Part shown: positions 55,931-64,000 of the stretch, piece after piece
Position numbering within the stretch: position 1 is the stretch's first letter
Layout: each line of letters starts with the position of its first letter
DNA from: Octopus sinensis
Lineage: Eukaryota
Assembly: GCF_006345805.1 (NCBI RefSeq)
Contig: NC_043002.1
Coordinates: 16,492,001 to 16,556,000 of the forward strand
Reading direction: 5' to 3'
DNA: 64,000 nucleotides
Notes under the pieces: model-generated
The model's input: the letters and a program-made list of their open reading frames with translations, nothing else
What the model was told of the DNA's origin: nothing
The model's database searches: none
Program-made: the position numbers and the translations under genes

Positions 55931-56126
55931 TATGTGTATGTATATATATAATTATATATATATATAATATATATATACTATATATGTATGTATTACATAT
56001 ATATATACATCATATATATATATATGTACATATATGTATGTATATATATATATATATGTATACATATATATATATAATATATATTATATACGGGCGTGCG
56101 ACAGTGACTTCAAGAAAAAACAGGAT
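55798..56126. repeat. ~39-bp imperfect inverted repeat flanking a (TA)n-rich core
   Basis: atcctgtttgttcttgcagtcactgtcgtacgctcgaat versus atacgggcgtgcgacagtgacttcaagaaaaaacaggat. Confidence 0.75.
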
Positions 56127-56135
56127 ATATATATA

Positions 56136-56169
<34 letters not shown>

Positions 56170-57240
56170 CGCAAACGAGAGAAACAAATGTAAAACAGGA
56201 CAACATAAAGAACGATCCTCCATCAGTTGTTGGCTGTATAACTACTCCTCATTTCGAGCATTGAATGACAATATAAGTTTTCCAAGACAGATTCTCCCTT
56301 ACGTGCCAAAATAAAATTTTTGTGTTACGGAGGGTCAAAGTTAGGAACAAAATCAGGATCGCGGAGACGTAGAAGCAAACCAAACGAAAACAAACCTGTT
56401 GACGAGAAAGGGGTTAAAATAGGGAACGCTAGAGAAATATTTAATTTAATAAGAGAAAGATTGGAGAGAGGTAGAATACGTCCAGTCCTTACGACAGTCC
56501 TGAAAGAAGAGGAAAATGATCACGGGAGGAAAATAAAGATGGACGATGGTCGCGTGTGAGTGTCGAGAATGAGAAAAGAGGAAAGTATGAGAGAGAGAGA
56601 GATAGAAAACGGTGAAGGGGAGAAAAAGGGATTAGAGAAAAGGATGGGAGAGAAAACGATGGGGAGAAACCAGTATAAAATCGCATCAAGAAGATTAAGA
56701 TAACCATACTTGGAAATGGATGCGTGGCGTTCAATCAAATGATAATATAGATAATATATATATAGGTACGTGGCGTTACTAGAAGTAAAAATCATGAAAT
56801 ACGAAGACAAGTGAGTTTAGTACGCAAACAAGGAGAGAAACGAATGGAAATCAGGACAAGTAACACGAAGAATGACCCATCATCAGTTGTTGACTGTCTA
56901 TCTACTCCTCATTTCAAGCCTTGAACGACACTAGGAGCCTGCGAAGGCATCTGCTCTCATAAGTAGCAAAGTAGAATTTGGGATTTATGGAAGGTCAAAT
57001 TTGGGGACAAAAGGAGGACAGGTTCTTTGCCTGTCTCCACTGTCCTGTTTTTGTGCCCAGCTTTGACCCTCCATAAATCCCACACTTTATTTTGGTACTT
57101 ATGAGAACAATTGTCTTCGAAGATTCATTTTGTCGTTTAATATTCGAAGTGAGGAGTATACAGATATCCAACAACTGATGAAGGGTCGTTCTTTGTGTTA
57201 CATGTCTTCTTTTCCATTTGTTTCTCTCATTATTTTCGTA
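56170..57240. mobile_element. Element with two direct ~190-bp terminal repeats plus an inverted third copy (pseudo-LTR-like)
   Basis: 56170-56358 and 56821-57021 are diverged direct repeats (..catcagttgttg.ctgt...ctactcctcatttc.agc); 57040-57240 is an inverted copy. The AG-rich interior is homologous in reverse to 58454-58900. Confidence 0.7.
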
Positions 57241-57289
57241 TTTCATGTTGTTTACGGTTAGTGACGTATTGTACCTATATATGCATATG

Positions 57290-57336
<47 letters not shown>

Positions 57337-57351
57337 CTATATATATAAATA

Positions 57352-57393
<42 letters not shown>

Positions 57394-57583
57394 ATATATA
57401 TATATCTATATATACATATATATATATATATACATACATATATATATATATAAATACTTATATATTATACATATATAACACATATATATATACATAGATG
57501 CATATATATATACATGTTATTTATATATACGCACATGCATATATATGTGGTGTGTGCACATATATATGAATATATATATATAT

Positions 57584-58245
57584 ATATTGGCAGGGCTGGA
57601 CTGCTAGGTAGCCGGCCGTATGCTAGAAACAGATCATCAACGATCAAAATACTGGTTTTAAATTGATATTGAAATTAATATTAATTTATCTCCCTCATTA
57701 GTTAAATATTGATATAAATACGTTCTCTAGTAGTAAGCACTAACCGCAGTGAATTATTTACTGCAGCCCTTCGCTTCAGCAATTTCTTAGCGCGCCAGAA
57801 CCAAGACATTTGAAATTTTATCCCTAATGTAATCGGTAAAACTAAGCACGTGTCTGTCTTGGCACAGAAAGCCGGGGTTAGTTTTCAGTTTGCATTTACA
57901 AGGAACGAATGCACTGATGAAGTCACGAACATTTGAATTATGTAGGTAATTCTTTTGTTAAAGGCCGAAACCGAGGTATTCATTTAATTCTGTTTTTTTA
58001 TATAAATTTTCATCTGTCCTGCCCGCTAAATTTGGTTCTGGTGTTCGCTGAATTTTTCCTCTAGAGAACTTTCTTTGTAGTTTGATCGTTGATGATCTAT
58101 TTCTAGCATACGGCCGACTACCTAGCAGTCTTGCCTGCCAATATACACATATATTAGAATTTTCTCTGACTTCTCAGATTTTTGTATGCTAGACTACTGG
58201 TTTTAAAATTGATACGAAATTAATATTAATTTATCTCCCTCATTA
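57584..58245. mobile_element. Element with 64-bp inverted arms, 50-bp direct repeat and internal hammerhead
   Basis: Inverted arms 57584-57648 / 58081-58144; direct repeat 57651-57700 / 58196-58245; TA tracts on both sides. Confidence 0.75.
57907..57985 (+). ncRNA. Hammerhead motif with extended stem II, partly decayed
   Basis: gaaugca CUGAUGA ag...gaauua uguagg uaauuc...ggcc GAAAC cgag GUA uucauuu. Stem I pairs 6/7 (one G-U) and the base of stem II is imperfect. Confidence 0.5.
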
Positions 58246-58269
58246 TTTATATATATATATATATATATT

Positions 58270-58315
<46 letters not shown>

Positions 58316-58330
58316 ATATATATATATATA

Positions 58331-58417
58331 TAAAACTTACTTGGAAAAGGATGCGTGACGTTTCGATCACATAATAATATATATATATATATATATATAA
58401 TATAATATATATATATG

Positions 58418-58453
<36 letters not shown>

Positions 58454-59270
58454 ATTATTATGTGATCGAACGTCACGCATCCTTTTCCAAGTAAGTTTTA
58501 TCTTAATAACTCCGATGCTACTCTCTATTTTGTATTCTTTTCGCTTTTTCTCTCTTCTCCCACTATTCTGTCTTTTTACTCTTTCGATTTCTCCGTTCTT
58601 TTCTCTTATTCGTTTACCTCGTCTTCTCCCAGTATTCTACGTTTTATTCTGTCGTTTTCTTTCTCCCTTTCTCTTATCCTTTTATTTCCCATTCTCCTTC
58701 TCTTCTATCCTTCTAATCTTGTGTTTTCTCTCTTCCTTTCTTCTCCTTCCCCTTCTCCCTCTCTCTCACACTTTTCTATTTTATCATGTCTCCAAATCTT
58801 TTCCTCTCCCATTTACAGTCCTCCTTCACTCTGTCTTCTTTGCTCACGTGAACCCCACGTGACAATCAGCTATTCTCCACCTTGTGCTTCTTTCTTCCTT
58901 CCTTTTTCAGCTGAAGAAGGAAGACGTGTTGTTCTCCGTCTCCTGTCCAGCCGTGTTCCTTCGCGTTCGCCACCACAACCTCGTTTAGGCTTAGCAGTCC
59001 TTCCTGTGTGTTCTCACTGTCCTCTTTTTGTTACCAATCTTGAGCCTCTGCAACATCGCAAATTATATTTCCTTTGCTTTGCGAGAGCAACTGTTTTATC
59101 GAGGACGCATCTTGTCTTGAATTGCTCGAAATACGGACTAGAAAAACAGCCGACAACTGATGAAGTGTCGTTCCTTGTGTTGCTTGTCTTGCAAAAAAAG
59201 CCCATATTCCATGTGGTTGTACTTCGTATTTTTTGCTCTATATATTTTATGACGTCCTGTGCCCACATAT
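58331..59270 (+). mobile_element. CT-rich non-autonomous element with inverted 5' duplication across (TA)n
   Basis: 58331-58378 is the reverse complement of 58454-58500 around a TA tract. The 3' part (gctcgaaat...acaactgatgaag.gtcgttc) matches the terminal repeat at 56170-57240. Confidence 0.7.
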
Positions 59271-59352
59271 GCATATGTATATACGTATATATGTAAATAT
59301 GTACGTATACTTATGTATAATACATATTATATTATTTAATTTTTTTATTTTA

Positions 59353-59399
<47 letters not shown>

Positions 59400-59479
59400 A
59401 ATATTAGGGAATGAATCCAAAATTACAGGGAAAAATCAGATTTAGGGTTAAATCCAATTTTATAGTAAAATATTATATA

Positions 59480-59686
59480 ATATAATTCGAGACAAAACCA
59501 CTATTTTAAAACCAAACAAGGTTTTAAAATATTGCTATTTTTAGATCGAAAATCCACCTGAAGATTGTCGGTAGCAGACATGAAACATTTGTAGTGGCGG
59601 TTTATTTAATTTATATTAAAATTTTATGTATTGATTAAGTCTTTCCTTGTTTGGTTTTAAAATAGTGGTTTTGTCTCGAATTATAT
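59480..59686. mobile_element. Small element with perfect 42-bp inverted arms enclosing a hammerhead
   Basis: atataattcgagacaaaaccactattttaaaaccaaacaagg (59480-59521) versus 59645-59686; the right arm joins (TA)n. Confidence 0.85.
59554..59597 (+). ncRNA. Minimal type I hammerhead motif
   Basis: ccac CUGAAGA u uguc gguagca gaca u GAAAC auuu GUA gugg: stem I 4 bp, stem II 4 bp, core intact. Confidence 0.7.
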
Positions 59687-59828
59687 ATATATATATATAT
59701 ATATAAATATATATATATATATTTACAGTTTTCACGTAAGAGCTTTGAATTTCTTTTAAGACATTTTATTATATTTAATTTTCTATCTTAGAAACATATT
59801 CTTTATGCACATTTTAAGCAGACAATGC

Positions 59829-60902
59829 TTAATCTATTAGTTGCCCAAAGTGTCCTCCTTCAACATTGCAACATTCCTCAAACATCTCTAGAATATTCTG
59901 GCAAACAATGAGGCACAAATTACGATCTTTATTAATTCCAATGAATACGTCAGAAATATGATCTTTTAATTCAGTTACTGTTTTGGGGTGCTTCTCATAA
60001 ACATCGTTCTTTACAACATCCGAAAAAGAAACCAATTGATGTCAAGTCATGTGAACATGGTGGTCATTCGATGCGGCCCCGTCTTCCAGACCTACGCTAT
60101 AGAAAACTTGGTTATGGTTGTCTCTTACTGTCAACACATGTGGGTGTGCTCAATCTTGCTGAAAAATTGATAATCAAAATTAGCGTTGGTTCTGAATTGT
60201 GGTGTGGCCCCGTCACGATGCATTTCCGAGTAGTTTTCTCGATTTACAGTTCTCTCAAAGCAAACGAGTCCGATAACACATTAGTTCGAGAGTGCAACCC
60301 GACTGCAACGCCAGGCTGCTTCAGCTTCGATTCTATGGTCAATACACTCAGTTATGATTTAGCTTAGAATCATCAGTCCCAATACACTCAGTTGTGCCTG
60401 TTTACATGTTTAATTTGAAGCAAGCCTCATTTGACCAGATGATCTTATCCATATAGTGTGGTTGCTTTTTAGTAATTTCATTACGCCTCATTTCGCAGAA
60501 TTGCAGCCGGCGATATCAGTCGTTCCCCTAAAGAACATGTACAAGTCGTAAACGGAAAGGTTTTAATTTCAGCTAATGCATTAGGTGCTGCAACGATGTT
60601 GTTGGTAAGGTTAGTTCTAGAGATGCACGTTGTGTGGAATTCTTTGGACTGTTCACAAATGTGAATGCCACTAACATCTAATTTTTCTCAGACACAGAAG
60701 TCTTAGCGTGTCCAGATTTTGGTGCATTACTTACTGAGCCTGTGGTATCAAAATTATTTCTTATCTGATAAATTATTTGTCGCGAAGGGGGAGTAGTGTC
60801 ATAGGCTTCTTGCGATGCTGTTCGCACCTGCTCGGCATTTTCAGGGTTCCAATACAACCTTAATATCTACTTTCTTTGCTTCTGATTTTATTTGTTTGCC
60901 AT
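59829..60902 (-). pseudogene. Near full-length degenerate Tc1/mariner-superfamily transposase (DDxD type)
   Basis: Minus-strand motifs in order: PSRQIIYQIRNNFDTTGSV...KSG, RRLQFCE, IIWSNEACFKL, FQQD*AHPH, E*PPCSHDLT..GFF, VKNDVYEKHPKTVTELK...GGHFGQL*; multiple stops and frameshifts. Confidence 0.85.
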
Positions 60903-61093
60903 TACTCAATTTACAGCGCCTGTAAAAAAATGAAAATAATAATTAATTCTACCTGAAAAGGGAGATTAGTAAAATCAAAATCAATTAAATTAGCACAAAA
61001 AATGTTTTCATAATAATTTCATAATTAAGGTCTAACTGTTATTATATGAATGCGAAAGAGAGGTAGTTGGATAAGAGTAACCTGCTTTTTTGG

Positions 61094-61182
<89 letters not shown>

Positions 61183-61275
61183 TAGGGAGAATTCACAGAC
61201 AAGAACAAAAGCCGAAGACAGGTGCTGTAGACAACAAACAGATGTATTAGTATAATACTCGGGAATTGAAAACGT

Positions 61276-61311
61276 CTTTAACGTTTCGAGCCTACGCTCT
61301 TCCACAGAAAG
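61276..61311 (-). ncRNA. Minimal hammerhead-like motif, core variant CUGUGGA, GUU site
   Basis: Minus strand cuuu CUGUGGA a gagc guag gcuc GAAAC GUU aaag; same scaffold as 42062-42096 with a different but still pairing stem I. Confidence 0.55.
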
Positions 61312-61419
61312 GAAAGCAGAAAGAAACAAGGAGAGAAAATAAAGAATGTGTAGCGATCTATCATGTCGAATATATATATATATATATATATATATAAGTG
61401 GCCACATGACCACGTATAA

Positions 61420-61805
61420 ACGAAGTGAAAAGTATAAAAATGGTTGGACATGCCTGAAGCACGAGGAGGGGGGACCGGGGCCGTTCTAACTTCACCACTG
61501 ATGTGACGGTTCAAGATATTTGTGATATGATCGTGACGAACCGACCAATGATCCTCAATGAGTTGTCATGTTTCCTGCAAATAAGTCATACTTCATACAA
61601 AATCATGGCAGTAATGTCTGTGCGGAATAGGTGCCGGAGAGCTTACTCAAGCTTATAAAAGCAATTTTGTGGAGATATGTTAAGTCTTTCTCGACAGGGG
61701 AAGAGCTTTGGGTTTATTACTTGCGGATAGAATCTAAAGTGCAAAGTAGGGAGTCGAAACGTCCGGAATCGCCTGGGAAAAGTAAATTCAAGACTCAAGC
61801 AAAAC
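61420..61805 (+). pseudogene. Mariner transposase internal remnant
   Basis: TGEELWVYY..ESKVQSRE.KRPESPGKSKFKTQ matches the mariner TGDETWV..EPESK.QS.EW...SP...KFK motif; HTH remnants lie upstream. Confidence 0.75.
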
Positions 61806-64000
61806 AAAATGAGAGGTACATTAAAAATCAAACAGGGAAGATTGATGAGACAATGCGGAGCAATTACGTAATTGTGTGTGTGTGTGTGTGTGGTGTGTGT
61901 GTGTGTTTGTGCGTGTGTGTGTGCGTCTGTGTTTGTGTGTGTTGCATAAGTTGTGGTTTCAGGGAACCGTATGATTATCACAGTGATCTCTGGCGGACAG
62001 AGCTTTCAAATCAATAAATGGAAGTTTAAAACAGAGTGCTTATGTGTACAGATGAAATCAAGAAGATCCGATCAATAAAATTACTTCATGATGTATATGT
62101 ATATCATAAATTGTCAGGAGGTATGAAATATGACTGCATTTATCTCATCATTTCCTATCCTTATAATTACGAACGTTTACTATCCTTCTCCGTGAATTTA
62201 AGTGTCAAAATAAAATTATGGTTACGCATCATATTTGCCTCAACATCATTGTTTACACGACGATTCAAATCTGTTTTGAATCCGTGGTGCAACCTTCATG
62301 TTGCGGTAACCTAATGAACTACTTTTCTTTATCTGAATCGATTTGTAAATATAAATCTGCATTCTATGCTATATGGAAACCATGTTAATTCAAAGATTTA
62401 GGCATAATTGCAATCCATGTTGAAATTATTGCCACATGAAGATAGCTGAGAAACGGCCGTTAACTTAAGGATGCCATGTGGTTAAGTAATTGTATTCATT
62501 TTTCATATTTTCTGACATTTTGTGGCATATATCTACTGTAGAGTGGGGCCTATGTGTGTGTACACTCACGCGTGTATGCATGCATATGTGTGTATGTGTG
62601 AATGTATCAGGTCAGGCTCGGATATATTGCGGTATGCCACGCCAGAAATCACTATCGAATGATGCACGACGGACACCTGTCTTGGATTTCATTCTCATTG
62701 GTCTTTCGCTAGCTCAAATATCTCGTCTGCGCACACAATGGCTAGAGATGATCGCAGTAGCTTGCTCAATGTACTTGTTGAAATGTTGTTATTTGTTCAT
62801 TTGCATGATATCACCGTACTCTAGCGTAGGTGGTGTCATTTTATTTAATCCAAAGCTGGCTTGCTGTCAGCTTTGGCTATTACTGAGTAAGAGTAGACGT
62901 TAGAACTGAATTGGTTCTACACTCCATAAAACTTCTGGAACTTCCGAACCGTGTTCCCACTTTCGAATGTAGTTCTAAATTATAAGAAACATGTATTACC
63001 AAACTCCTACTGTGGCCTCTTCATTCTTGAATCTTACAATTTAAAATCTATTTCCTCCGTGAACAACAGCATTAAATATGGCTTCTATCTCATTTATTTC
63101 ACCATCAAAATTTATTTGGTGTCATTCAAAGAACCTGTAATACGATTACACATTACACAACTCATTTTATATTTCATTCTAGTTCTTTAGTTATATATCC
63201 CTTCATGAGAATGTCGGGTTTCCCTCAGCGTCGCCAAGCCTGCCTTTTCTTACTCTCTTTCAAGATACTGAAATTCTTATACAATGTTCAATGTAATGTA
63301 ATAAACCTACTTGCATCTTTCGTCTCTTTACTTACAGCTCGCTTGTCAAGAAATTGCACTTTTCTTTACTATCTACAAGCTTATATTGTAACTACGTTTA
63401 TATAAATACGACAAATGATACACTACACGTTACGTTCTATGTGCTATATATTTCTTAAACAATTGATACTCAAACACGCAGAATCAATCTCTTCTTCCAA
63501 GTATCAGAATATGTCTGCACATTGGTGACATTAGAACCTCCATCAATACGATAAAGAATTGGCTTGCTCAATGGAGGAATGGAAGCCAGTGTAAGAACTG
63601 TGTGACAATTTTTAAGATTGTGTCTCAAAGCATACACACTCAATATTCCTTTCATTATTTAAAATCTTTGGTTATAAATTCCAATTTCTCAGGATAACAA
63701 TACTTTTTTAAACCTTATATTTTACATTATGTTGGTTAAATTATTCGAATGCGTACATGGCAGAGCATAACAAATGACATTTCCCTCATCAGAGGTACAT
63801 TAAAGCGTTAAAAGAGTTTTAAAAATGTATAATCTAGAAGCATAAAGACGTTTTGATATAATATTAAGATATTTTAAATTGTAAAAATTCGTAAAATATC
63901 TATGAGTTTTCCTAAAGTTACAGAAGTTGAAACGATAAAGCATATTGTTCATACAAACACATGAGATGTTATGGGTATTTACATGCATCTATGCTTTTAA

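Noticed and set aside
61750-61765. cgaaacgtc
   Set aside because: It lies inside mariner coding remnant with no upstream CUGANGA; coincidental.
62434-62465. atgaaga...gaaacggccgtt with a palindromic stem III
   Set aside because: C3 is missing and neither stem I nor stem II pairs.
63470-63690. Protein-like open frames on both strands
   Set aside because: No recognisable homology and no consistent splice pair.

Overview
AT-rich eukaryotic intronic or intergenic DNA, saturated with (TA)n, (TG)n, (TACA)n, (GATA)n and (AAT)n microsatellites. The SINE families look like octopus/cephalopod repeats (inferred from recall, not verified). Almost all ORFs in the supplied track are microsatellite artefacts. 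No complete host gene is supported; there are only two phase-compatible candidate micro-exons on the minus strand. Recognisable content is transposon debris: three tRNA-derived SINE families, several mariner/Tc1 relics, R4/Dong-like and CR1/L2-group LINE 3' ends, and a Helitron-like non-autonomous element. The most striking signal is about ten minimal type I hammerhead ribozyme motifs from several unrelated sequence families, most with a palindromic stem III. Most sit in head-to-head inverted duplications next to (TA)n tracts, including a near-perfect 1.14-kb palindrome (19949-21089) with an intact hammerhead at each outer end. This architecture fits non-autonomous Penelope-like or retrozyme-like elements. 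All structures were paired by eye; no folding or database search was run.
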